Shown here in pieces: positions 17,682 to 25,928 of a DNA stretch of 64,000 nucleotides. Origin of the DNA: a virus. The stretch lies in IMG/VR virus record IMGVR_UViG_3300019479_000003. One strand, given 5' to 3'. Numbering within the stretch: position 1 is the first letter of the stretch; each line of letters opens with the position of its first letter. The notes beneath the pieces were generated by a model that made no database searches, had not been told where the DNA came from, and worked only from the letters and a program-made list of their open reading frames with translations. Made by a program: the position numbers and the translations under genes.

Positions 17682-19169
17682 TCACTCCCTTTGGCCAAAG
17701 AAGCTGACTTCATTTTGCAACTGTTCGAAGTCCGGGGAAGCCTGAAGATTTTCCTGTTGAATCTCCTGTAAAATTTGCAACGCTTCTTCTTCGGTAACCC
17801 CGTGTATCTTCATGATCGCGCGCTTTTTCGAGTTCAAACCCGAGGATACCAGCTTGATCTGCTGGTCAATCTCCGCGTTTTTGTCCTCGACCACCGAATC
17901 ATCGAAAGATACGGTCACCTCGTATTCTGTCGGACCGCTATAGAGCCCATAGAGTTGAGCGACCGCGATAATGGAATCGATGAGCTCTTTAATCCCTTCT
18001 TCGATGATGATTTCGTGTGATTTCATGGACTTGAATGTCTTGCTGTTCTCGCTGATGACTTCTGTTGCTGTTTTTACGGATTTCCCGTCAAAGCTGAACG
18101 TCCCAGCACTGAATCCCGTTTGCATGGCCAGGAGATTCAAAAGGGCATTGATGGCGCTGATGTGTTCCTCAACGCGGAGTTCAACATTAACGTCAATGAG
18201 CTTACTTTCGTCCATTTCCACGTTAAAGGCCTCGTAAACTTCATCTGTTGCATCGAAATACCGTTTCGGTTGCCCGTCCAGCGGGTCAATGACCGTTTTC
18301 ACCATCTGTGCCGGTACGATGATCCGCTTTTTCCCTAGACGGAATTCTCGATGGAAACTATCAAAAGCTGTGTCCAAGGCATGAATTGTATCTAGTGCAT
18401 TGGCAAAGATGCTGATACCCAAAGGGCTTTTTGTATCAATGTTGTTCGCTGTATTCGGCTTGAAGTACACGAACAGCGGTCTTTGTAAGCCGCTGATCCG
18501 GACTTCTTCCTCTAAATCCGGGAACAATGTGGAAAGGGCCACTTTCACTCCCAAATCAGTCCCGTTGGACTCATACAATTCGTTCCGGATCACATATTCC
18601 TTTTCATCCCACCGATGCCATTCCAAATGGGTATAGGTTTTCTGCCCTCTTTTGTATTCGCTGACGAATATCCCTTCGTCGATAGTGTCATTGTGCCAGG
18701 AAATCGGGATAAAGCAGTCCGCGGTGACGTAGGAAAGCCGGACTTTTCCGTCTTGAACAAACGGTTTGATCACCATACCGCCATAAGCAAACATGTATTC
18801 AATATAGTCCTGGAACTCTTTGTAAAACTTGTTATCTTTGAAAACTCCGTCAATGAAATCAGAAAGACTTTGGTCGCTAATGGATATTTCACACTTTTCG
18901 TCGAACACAAGCCCTGCCATTTCCGATGCGACCACTTTGGGCATCTGGAGCGTGTCCATTTTTCGGGTCTTCGGGCCCTCGATCGTATGGTATCTCACCT
19001 TATGCCACGGTTCGTAATATCCCTTGTAAAGTGCTTTCCAAACCTCAATGCTATCGTACATCTCGTTGCTGAGAGGCACGTCCTTCAGTTGTGAAAGGTT
19101 TTCGATGCCCTTCAAAATGCCCATTCGGTACATCACCTGCCTTATCTTGGCGATTAGGTTCCTGAACAT
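17682..19169 (-). CDS. Portal protein (A118/SPP1-type)
   Basis: SPLGISIFANA, EFRLGKKRIIVP, KTATEVISENSKTF, FDDSVVEDK. Confidence 0.92.
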   Translation of the reverse strand: MFRNLIAKIRQVMYRMGILKGIENLSQLKDVPLSNEMYDSIEVWKALYKGYYEPWHKVRYHTIEGPKTRKMDTLQMPKVVASEMAGLVFDEKCEISISDQSLSDFIDGVFKDNKFYKEFQDYIEYMFAYGGMVIKPFVQDGKVRLSYVTADCFIPISWHNDTIDEGIFVSEYKRGQKTYTHLEWHRWDEKEYVIRNELYESNGTDLGVKVALSTLFPDLEEEVRISGLQRPLFVYFKPNTANNIDTKSPLGISIFANALDTIHALDTAFDSFHREFRLGKKRIIVPAQMVKTVIDPLDGQPKRYFDATDEVYEAFNVEMDESKLIDVNVELRVEEHISAINALLNLLAMQTGFSAGTFSFDGKSVKTATEVISENSKTFKSMKSHEIIIEEGIKELIDSIIAVAQLYGLYSGPTEYEVTVSFDDSVVEDKNAEIDQQIKLVSSGLNSKKRAIMKIHGVTEEEALQILQEIQQENLQASPDFEQLQNEVSFFGQRE

Positions 19170-19182
19170 GGTTGTCACCGCC

Positions 19183-20469
19183 TTAATTTACATATCGCTT
19201 GTAGAAATAGTTTGCCGAATATCGGAATTCATCCATAGCATGGTTCCATTCGTCGATCGGCTTCCCTTTTTCGTCCCTGGCATACATCCCAATTTCTTTG
19301 ATGAAGTTGTAATGGTCATATTTGTCGGTTTCGATCAGGAAAAACTGTTCGTTGGTAATCAAGTTTTGGCAACGCTCGATACCGACCTCAATCCCCTTTT
19401 TTGTCCCTTGAATGTCATGAGAATTGTTATCGGCTGCCCTTGTGTAAATCCCTAGTAAATGCAATTCTTCTCTTAGCGATTTGCAGGCTGGATCCACAAA
19501 TACTTCCGTATAGCGCATCTGGAATTTTTCGACGCACCATTGGATGAATTCTTTGATTTCCCTGGCGTAGATGGACATAGCTTTCACTCGCCCGGTTTCA
19601 CGTCCAGAATGATAATAATGGGCCGCTCGGTTTAGGAAATATTTATATCGGCCATTCACTTGTTTTCGGGTAACGATGTTACAACTGCAACTCGTTGGAT
19701 CCGATTGGCCGCCATCTGCCACAAAGTACATTTCGATCGGTTCGCCCTGGAGCGTCGGTTTCATGTTTTTATCCATGTCGAACATGGAATAGATGACGCC
19801 CTCCGGAAGAACCCGTTTCCCATACCAGTCCCGATCAAGCAGGTATTTGTTCTTTTTCAACGTTTCGTAGATTTCTTTTTTCCGCTCTTCCGTAATGATC
19901 GGGTTGTCCTGTATGGTCCAATGCAGCCAAAAAGTATCTTGAACATCAAATACCTTTTCGATGACCGGATGATTCGGAGGCGGAGGATTTAAGTCCGCCA
20001 GATGATAGCGGAACTTGGCCGCAAATGTACGCCGAAAACATTCCTGGATCATGTCCATATGAAGCAGGTTGATCTCACAAAAAACAACGGATCCAAGCGA
20101 CATCCCGGTGATGGCCTTCACACTGTCCGCTTTTCCTCCGCCCTTGTAATAGACTTTTTTCGCGCCGGTTGGTGTGTGAACTTCCAGGTAATCGCCCAAA
20201 TCATCGTGTTTGGTTTTACAAAAACCGTTAAAAATGTGCATTAGGCCCGTGCCATCGCCATCGATAAATAGACGATAAGCCTGCTCTTGGTTATATCCAA
20301 CAATCAGATGATTTTCATCGGGCGTATTGATCAAATACCGGGCATACCGAAAATGGCCTGCCGTTGTTTTCCCTGACCGCGGCGTTCCCTCGTTGACTTC
20401 CAATGTGTGCCGAAAAGGCATCTGAATGAATTTCTTCTGCTTCGGCGAGAATTCGACGAGCTTACTCAT
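19183..20469 (-). CDS. terL: Terminase large subunit
   Basis: Walker [10 protein letters not shown]-terminal nuclease with DPA and NHAMDEFRY. Confidence 0.93.
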   Translation of the reverse strand: MSKLVEFSPKQKKFIQMPFRHTLEVNEGTPRSGKTTAGHFRYARYLINTPDENHLIVGYNQEQAYRLFIDGDGTGLMHIFNGFCKTKHDDLGDYLEVHTPTGAKKVYYKGGGKADSVKAITGMSLGSVVFCEINLLHMDMIQECFRRTFAAKFRYHLADLNPPPPNHPVIEKVFDVQDTFWLHWTIQDNPIITEERKKEIYETLKKNKYLLDRDWYGKRVLPEGVIYSMFDMDKNMKPTLQGEPIEMYFVADGGQSDPTSCSCNIVTRKQVNGRYKYFLNRAAHYYHSGRETGRVKAMSIYAREIKEFIQWCVEKFQMRYTEVFVDPACKSLREELHLLGIYTRAADNNSHDIQGTKKGIEVGIERCQNLITNEQFFLIETDKYDHYNFIKEIGMYARDEKGKPIDEWNHAMDEFRYSANYFYKRYVN

Positions 20470-21199
20470 CGTCATTCACCGCCTTTATTAAGGCTTCCAT
20501 CAGCGAAGTATCTTTCTTCTCGCCCTTAAGCAGCTTGGCTTTTTCTTCGATGAGCTCGGTTTCTTTCTTCGCTTTTTCGATGCCGGCCTGGATTTGTTCA
20601 AGTTTCAAACGGCGTTCATCGTCCTCATTGGCCAATTCATTGAATTGCTTTATCAGTGACCGCAATTCCGACATGGCCCGGGATTGAGCATTTAAAAAGT
20701 TCGCCTGGCGATCCCAAGCGAACTGAAGTTCCCATTCTTTTTCAGAAAAATTCTCTCCGTTTTTGACTTTCCTTAATTCTTTAATAATTTCATCCTTCGA
20801 CTCAACAAACATGATTTGCTGTGCCCGAATGATAGCTGCATATTGGATCAGGATCTGGTCCCAAAGAATGTCCGGTGGGTCCTTTTTTTCTAGGGTTCCC
20901 ATGATTTCCAGTGTTTCTTTGGGAATGTATTTGGAAAAGAACCCGTGCTTCCTTGCGTTTTGGTTCCCTTCCGGGGCCCCACCGTCATTCCCTAAAGCAT
21001 TCTTATTCCCATATGGCGCCCCGCGTTTTCTTTTTGTGTGCACACCCTTTTCTTTTGTATGCACACCATCACGGGACCATTTATATCGGGTTTTCCATGA
21101 CTTGACGGTGTTAATTGTAACCCCGTACTTTTCGGCAATCTCTTTGTACTTCATGCCTTTTAGGTAATCTTGATAAGCTAAATCCTTTTTGTTGGCCAC
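20462..21199 (-). CDS. terS: Terminase small subunit
   Basis: N-terminal HTH ([18 protein letters not shown]), GAPxGNxNA repeats, [10 protein letters not shown]; overlaps terL. Confidence 0.9.
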   Translation of the reverse strand: MANKKDLAYQDYLKGMKYKEIAEKYGVTINTVKSWKTRYKWSRDGVHTKEKGVHTKRKRGAPYGNKNALGNDGGAPEGNQNARKHGFFSKYIPKETLEIMGTLEKKDPPDILWDQILIQYAAIIRAQQIMFVESKDEIIKELRKVKNGENFSEKEWELQFAWDRQANFLNAQSRAMSELRSLIKQFNELANEDDERRLKLEQIQAGIEKAKKETELIEEKAKLLKGEKKDTSLMEALIKAVNDDE

Positions 21200-21240
21200 T
21201 ACATTTCACCCACCTCCGCCGGCAAATTTATGTTGTTTCG

Positions 21241-21273
21241 TGCAAAAGAAAAAGCACCGCTAAGGGTGCTTTA
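21241..21273 (-). terminator. Intrinsic terminator after the DUF2513 moron
   Basis: AAAGCACC-CTTAGC-GGTGCTTTTTCTTTT on the minus strand. Confidence 0.75.
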
Positions 21274-21636
21274 TTCTCCAATCCCTAACTTATTTTTAAT
21301 TTGTAATTTGGCAAATTCTTTTAAAACTTCAAAGGATACTTGTCCCAATTCCATACCTTTCGATTTAATGCCTTCTTTTATTTTATTCCAAATAGATTCA
21401 TTAGAGATAGCATCTAAGTAATCATTACCTTCCCAAGTCAAAGTTGGAACATCGTACAAGAGGGCTCCACCTTTAAATTCATTTAATCTAAAGTCTATTA
21501 AATCAGCCTGCTTCATAATTTTTAAATGGTATAAATATTTTTCATCCTCTTCTACTGCACTGTTGAATTCAGTCTTGCATTCCCCGTTAGCAATGTCCAA
21601 CAATAGCTTTCTTACAAAATCCATATCTCGACGCAT
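21271..21636 (-). CDS. DUF2513-family protein (AT-rich moron)
   Basis: MRRDMDFVRKLLLDI, YHLKIMKQADLI, LTWEGNDYLDAI motifs. Confidence 0.8.
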   Translation of the reverse strand: MRRDMDFVRKLLLDIANGECKTEFNSAVEEDEKYLYHLKIMKQADLIDFRLNEFKGGALLYDVPTLTWEGNDYLDAISNESIWNKIKEGIKSKGMELGQVSFEVLKEFAKLQIKNKLGIGE

Positions 21637-21662
21637 ATTTTTCACCTCCTTTCATCTACTGG

Positions 21663-21689
21663 ATTCGACAAAAGGAGGCAAAATCCTTC
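21663..21689 (-). promoter_or_regulatory. Candidate sigmaH-type promoter for the moron
   Basis: AAGGATTTT-N12-CGAAT resembles the SigH consensus AGGAWWT...GAAT. Confidence 0.5.
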
Positions 21690-22872
21690 AAACATAGTAA
21701 ATTGCTTCCAATTCTTCTTCGTTGTATTGAAACAGCATAAACCGCTTATGATTCCCGATGAACCCGTTGTCCTTGTGCCACTGATCGGTCTTGTTTCGTG
21801 TAGCTAAAGTCCGAACCATCATTCCAAAGATGTCTTTTCCGTCCTCGCGGTGATAATGACCGGTATGAATCTCTCTCGTTTTGGCCTGGGCCCATTCAAG
21901 AGGGAATTCGACAGGGAAAATGTTGTGCAAATCCTTGCGGCCTTTGTCGCCGTGTGTGATGCCGATAAACACTTTCCCGAACGTATGGGTCTTCCTTTCT
22001 TCGAAACTGTCGTCCACCTCGGCATCCGGATATAAATGCTTGAGCATCTTCACGAACGCCCAAGCCAGGGATTCGTCATGATTCCCCTTTGAATACTTGA
22101 TGCATGTTTTGTTCGACCGTTCGATCGAAGCATCTATAATCGGGAAGAAAAACCTTTCCGCATCCTTCCACGCTTTTTCCATATCTACCTTTTCTATTTG
22201 CGTTCCGTTGGATGTCGTACCCCGATGATTGTCATTGTGGAACATGTCTTGGCCAATCACAAGCAGAATTTCTTCCCAATGTCGGCTATAAATCAAATCT
22301 AGGATTCTTTCTTGTGTTGGCTTATAATATTCATAATCGCTTATTGGAAAATGTTGATCGAACAACGGGATCTCCAATAAGCGTTTCGTATCGACCTCTC
22401 TATATGTGCGTTTTACTTTAAAAGGCTTAACGTTCGATATGGCTTCAATGAGCCGTTCGAGGTTAAGCCCTTCTTTTTTCGGTTTCACCGTGATCTTGCT
22501 GCTATACAATGTTTGGATGCCATCCTGTTTTGAATAGACGTTCCAAATGTTATTCCTGGCGCTGACGAGCTCCCACTCATTTACGTCAAATCCATGCGCC
22601 TTGAGCAGGAATTCCACATCTTTTGCTTGTTCCGAATTCATCCGGATCAGCTTGTCCGACTGGTGGCTGCCGTCTGGCAAAATCTCATGTGTTTCCTTGT
22701 ATTCGATAGGCTTTTCTTTTTCAGGATACATCCGAAATCTCGCCCGACATTGCTCCGCGCGAAATCTTTTCCCGAATTTTTCCGTCATCAATTGCGCGAT
22801 ATATTTCCACTGCGTCCCATGCTTCTGTACGAGTTCCAGCAGGTGGTTGTGTTCTTCGCTCGTCCACTTCAT
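21688..22872 (-). CDS. Myb/SANT-like domain plus calcineurin-like metallophosphoesterase (394 aa)
   Basis: Start MKWTSEE at 22872 with SD GGTGAGGG; motifs DQH, GQD, GNHDE, THGD, GHYH. Confidence 0.8.
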   Translation of the reverse strand: MKWTSEEHNHLLELVQKHGTQWKYIAQLMTEKFGKRFRAEQCRARFRMYPEKEKPIEYKETHEILPDGSHQSDKLIRMNSEQAKDVEFLLKAHGFDVNEWELVSARNNIWNVYSKQDGIQTLYSSKITVKPKKEGLNLERLIEAISNVKPFKVKRTYREVDTKRLLEIPLFDQHFPISDYEYYKPTQERILDLIYSRHWEEILLVIGQDMFHNDNHRGTTSNGTQIEKVDMEKAWKDAERFFFPIIDASIERSNKTCIKYSKGNHDESLAWAFVKMLKHLYPDAEVDDSFEERKTHTFGKVFIGITHGDKGRKDLHNIFPVEFPLEWAQAKTREIHTGHYHREDGKDIFGMMVRTLATRNKTDQWHKDNGFIGNHKRFMLFQYNEEELEAIYYV

Positions 22873-22888
22873 TCCCTCACCACTTTCC

Positions 22889-22921
22889 AAAAGAAAAAGC
22901 CACTCATCAACGATGAATGGC
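22889..22921 (-). terminator. Terminator-like hairpin in the late leader
   Basis: GCCATTCATC-GTT-GATGAGTGGC-TTTTTCTTTT. Confidence 0.6.
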
Positions 22922-23045
22922 CAGTATGGTCCTACTTCCGGATCCGCAGCCGGTTTCAGACCGAATGAATTTTCTGAACCAGGAGCTTTTGGCCGCCCCG
23001 GTCCTACCTCCGATTTTACACTCAAATTTTTAAAATCAAAAATTC

Positions 23046-23078
23046 GTCAAGAACGTCAAGTTGGTCAAGTATGTCAAG
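23046..23078. promoter_or_regulatory. Four GTCAAG repeats with 9-bp period; candidate late-activator (ArpU) site
   Basis: GTCAAG at 23046, 23055, 23064 and 23073, immediately after the arpU-like stop. Confidence 0.65.
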
Positions 23079-23082
23079 TATA

Positions 23083-23526
23083 TCATCTACTCAAATACAT
23101 CTTGACCGCCAACTTCCGAACCGCTCGTTCTTTAATTTCAAACACCGCTTGTTTTGACATGCCAAGTATTTTCCCGATTTCACTAAAACTCATACGATCC
23201 ATGCAACCTTCAATCACAATTCGTTCTTTTTCATCATCTAAACTTGCTACAGCTTCTTCCAAACGCTTTACGGTTTCGACGTATCTTTTGATGCGGTTTT
23301 CTTCTCTCATTTTCCTTTGCACCGCCCCGTATGTCGGGTCGCTCGTTTTTCCTTTTGGTTTCGGAAGAGAGGCTTCAATTCCATATTGCGCCGTCCCACT
23401 TGTTATATATTCTTCTATGTCTTTTTGAGTAATTTGATTGGCCATCCAGTAGTAATTTTTGATATCTCGGTTCACTTTTCGGATCGCTTCAACGGTTGCC
23501 TCCACTACCTGGACCGTTGTGGTCAT
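23083..23526 (-). CDS. ArpU/RinA-superfamily late transcriptional activator (sigma70 region 4-like HTH)
   Basis: AQYGIEASLPKPKG..SDPT motif, C-terminal EIGKILGMSKQAV HTH; last early gene before packaging. Confidence 0.8.
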   Translation of the reverse strand: MTTTVQVVEATVEAIRKVNRDIKNYYWMANQITQKDIEEYITSGTAQYGIEASLPKPKGKTSDPTYGAVQRKMREENRIKRYVETVKRLEEAVASLDDEKERIVIEGCMDRMSFSEIGKILGMSKQAVFEIKERAVRKLAVKMYLSR

Positions 23527-23665
23527 CTTTTCGCCCCTCCTTCGCCTTTTTCTCCGCCACCCAACCATAACCCCTCACACACCTCAAAAACGGGCATAGA
23601 CGGCCATCTACGAGCCAAATACAGCCTTTGCAGTAGCTGGTTTTGATGATGTTCTTCTTTCTCAT
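23489..23665 (-). CDS. Small Cys-rich protein (58 aa; CKGC..CPFLRC)
   Basis: Hand-translated; SD AAGGGGGT. Confidence 0.5.
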   Translation of the reverse strand: MRKKNIIKTSYCKGCIWLVDGRLCPFLRCVRGYGWVAEKKAKEGRKDDHNGPGSGGNR

Positions 23666-23683
23666 TTTCCGACCCCCTTACAA

Positions 23684-23746
23684 AGAGAAAAGGGCACTCA
23701 ATGACTTGTTAGTCATCAAGTGCCCCTCGGTTGTTCCGATAGGACG
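23684..23746 (-). terminator. Strong intrinsic terminator with an overlapping upstream alternative hairpin
   Basis: 15-bp stem GGGCACTTGATGACT-AACA-AGTCATTGAGTGCCC followed by TTTTCTCTTT. Confidence 0.8.
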
Positions 23747-23758
23747 AATATTTATGCT

Positions 23759-23944
23759 TTAATTACCCTTAATAATCGCTTCTGCTTTTTCTTTACCAAT
23801 CTCGTTTAATTCAAAAATAGCTAATCCTCCATTGGTATCCTTGCAAAGCTGATTTAGCGCTTTGCTTAGATGGACTCTCCAATCTTTGGCGTCCGTTTGA
23901 AATTTCATGATAAAAGTGTGTTCCACTTTAAATTCCCCCTTCAT
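23759..23944 (-). CDS. Hypothetical protein (start may be GTG at 23926)
   Basis: ORF track, in-operon orientation. Confidence 0.5.
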   Translation of the reverse strand: MKGEFKVEHTFIMKFQTDAKDWRVHLSKALNQLCKDTNGGLAIFELNEIGKEKAEAIIKGN

Positions 23945-24120
23945 TTCTTCGTATAATTAATTTCATACCGTTCCGGCCGTCCGTCTTGCCAATGGATTAT
24001 TTGTTTTCCAAAGCCAACGCCAGGTGTGTCAATCTTATCGATTTTTCCGTCCTTCACTCTATATACAGCATTTTCTAAAAGGCTTATCTCTGCTATCATT
24101 TTCTCGGTATCTATTTTCAT
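23941..24120 (-). CDS. DUF3954-like small Bacillus phage protein (59 aa)
   Basis: VYRVKDGKI..PGVGFGKQIIHWQDG pattern; SD GGAGGGG. Confidence 0.65.
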   Translation of the reverse strand: MKIDTEKMIAEISLLENAVYRVKDGKIDKIDTPGVGFGKQIIHWQDGRPERYEINYTKK

Positions 24121-24186
24121 ATGGACCCCTCCCGTGCTAAAATTGAGATAGAACATGTGTTTCCGCCGGGAGTGGGCCCGGATTTT

Positions 24187-24456
24187 TTATTTTCGCTTCC
24201 GCATTTCAACAAGAGTCAATATCGCATACCCAGCCAAATCTCTGATTGAATCCTCAATGCTTTCATCCACTTTCGCATCTCTTTTCATCAAATTTTCAAT
24301 TCTACTCATTTTGTCATCCATCCGAATGATGCCGGACAAAAGCCCATACTTTTCAAACTGCTTCGAAAATGAATCGCCATAATCATGATTCTTTCGGATT
24401 AGCAAATCCCTCACTTCATCACAAACCACTGAGATCAAATCAGCTTGTCCAACCAT
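24187..24456 (-). CDS. DUF1599 / nucleotide-modification-associated domain 1 protein
   Basis: RKNHDYGDSF, IRMDDKMSR, ESIEDSIRDLAGYAIL motifs. Confidence 0.8.
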   Translation of the reverse strand: MVGQADLISVVCDEVRDLLIRKNHDYGDSFSKQFEKYGLLSGIIRMDDKMSRIENLMKRDAKVDESIEDSIRDLAGYAILTLVEMRKRK

Positions 24457-24617
24457 CTGACGATTCCCCTCACTATCTTCATGAATTGCTCACTTTATTT
24501 TTCCTCTTCCACTTCCAATTCACATGTCGAATACCTTTTGGTCGATCCTCCAAATCACATTTCGCACCCCAGCGAATCTTTTCCAGATCTTCTTTTGATA
24601 AATAATAAGTTTTCACT

Positions 24618-24926
24618 TCACTGTGCAGACTCTTTTTCATCGCCAACCAACTCCAGGAATTTATTTAATTCCATTACTACAAGCCATGGCTTCCGGTCCA
24701 CTTTTATTGCTAACGCATCCGGTTTTTCCCGTTCGTCAAGGATCCAATCATATATCGTTTTGAATCCATCCTTGCGGGCCTTGACTTCCCACTTCAACCC
24801 GAGCCCCTGCACGTCATTTTCAAATCCCGTCTGCGCCCCGGAGAGAGGAATCCTACGTCCTTCAATCAGCTTCGCAAACTCCCTCTCCCGGCGATTCCCT
24901 TTCTGTTTCGACTTCTTCCCGCCCAT
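24618..24926 (-). CDS. Hjc-like PD-(D/E)xK Holliday junction resolvase
   Basis: SKQKGNRRERE, PLSGA, D..WEVK motifs. Confidence 0.75.
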   Translation of the reverse strand: MGGKKSKQKGNRREREFAKLIEGRRIPLSGAQTGFENDVQGLGLKWEVKARKDGFKTIYDWILDEREKPDALAIKVDRKPWLVVMELNKFLELVGDEKESAQ

Positions 24927-25573
24927 CAGTATCCTTCCTCTTGTCTCTTGAAATTCTCCTGATTCTTTTGAAGATAGGCTCCCTCTATCTCTTCCCATGT
25001 GAAGCCGAGCATTTGGCCTAATTCCAAATACAAGTCAAGAAGAATCGAGTAATGAACTCTATGAACGTTATATTCCGGAGTATCCTTGAAGCGATATTTT
25101 AAATCGTTTATGCATAAATCGAAAACCGATACCTGTTTAAAAACATCTTTAAACATATCAATTAGAGAATCTCTTCTAGGTACATTTCCAATTGTCAAAT
25201 TTTGATCACAGCCTATTTCAAGACCGATGCTCAGCAATAAATAGAGACCGTCCACGTATTTCTCGAGGAGTGGGTTGATAAAATAACTCCCCGCACCGTC
25301 GCATTGGTAGCAATCCACTCCCGATTCTTCAGGTATTCCTAACGGTGTTCCTGTTCCATCACATACGGTGCAAAATACTTCTTTTTCCATTCTCGGTTCT
25401 TGGTCATGGCTCCAAAATTTGAAAAATCTAGCCTCATTCGCCAGCTCCCCAAGCTCAACCAACAGGGCCAGAATCTTCTTCGCCAGCCGATCTTCGCCGG
25501 GTTGCCGGGGATGCTCTTGCTCAATTCGTTCATCCAGCTGGCGTTGTAATTGAAAAAGCTTAGCTAAATCCAT
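24926..25573 (-). CDS. dut: Dimeric (all-alpha) dUTPase-family protein with Zn-finger insertion
   Basis: LFQLQRQLD, ALLVELGELANE..FKFWS, YVDGL, AYLQKNQENFKRQEEGY. Confidence 0.8.
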   Translation of the reverse strand: MDLAKLFQLQRQLDERIEQEHPRQPGEDRLAKKILALLVELGELANEARFFKFWSHDQEPRMEKEVFCTVCDGTGTPLGIPEESGVDCYQCDGAGSYFINPLLEKYVDGLYLLLSIGLEIGCDQNLTIGNVPRRDSLIDMFKDVFKQVSVFDLCINDLKYRFKDTPEYNVHRVHYSILLDLYLELGQMLGFTWEEIEGAYLQKNQENFKRQEEGY

Positions 25574-25616
25574 TCGTTCTCACCTCAACCATTGAACATT
25601 TTCTTCGTGATGTGCA

Positions 25617-25868
25617 TTAATAATCCTCATCGTCTACTTTTTCGTCGTATTCCTCTTGGCTGATGCACTCGATTAAGTCAACGTCTATGTCAATCTGTTC
25701 CGCTAACATTTCTCTGAAAACTTCGTGTAACCTGTCATACTCGTCTTTGGTTAGGCTCTTATCCCCTGCTTTAATCTGCGTATAACAAGCGGCTTTTTCT
25801 CCTGTTTCAATGTCGTATGCAAGACCAGCTTCAGCAGAGATTCGAAAGCAAAATCTAGGTTCTAACAT
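25617..25868 (-). CDS. Hypothetical acidic protein (83 aa)
   Basis: ORF track; G-rich SD. Confidence 0.65.
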   Translation of the reverse strand: MLEPRFCFRISAEAGLAYDIETGEKAACYTQIKAGDKSLTKDEYDRLHEVFREMLAEQIDIDVDLIECISQEEYDEKVDDEDY

Positions 25869-25928
25869 TCCCTTCCCCCCCCATGTTGAACATCATTGGT
25901 CTTATACACATCATCTACGTGATGTTCA

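Noticed and set aside
22928-23012. CRISPR mini-array (two repeats 72 bp apart)
   Set aside because: Only two short imperfect repeats, no CRISPR-like repeat ends, and no cas genes
22873-23025. 51-aa N-terminal extension of the phosphoesterase ORF given in the track (also 689 start, 29439 start, 32652 start)
   Set aside because: Better SD-supported starts lie downstream; the extensions cross promoter/leader or neighbouring-gene sequence
24460-24640. 39-aa ORF MKKSLHSEVK... between the resolvase and DUF1599
   Set aside because: Very short with a weak RBS and no motif; cannot be supported
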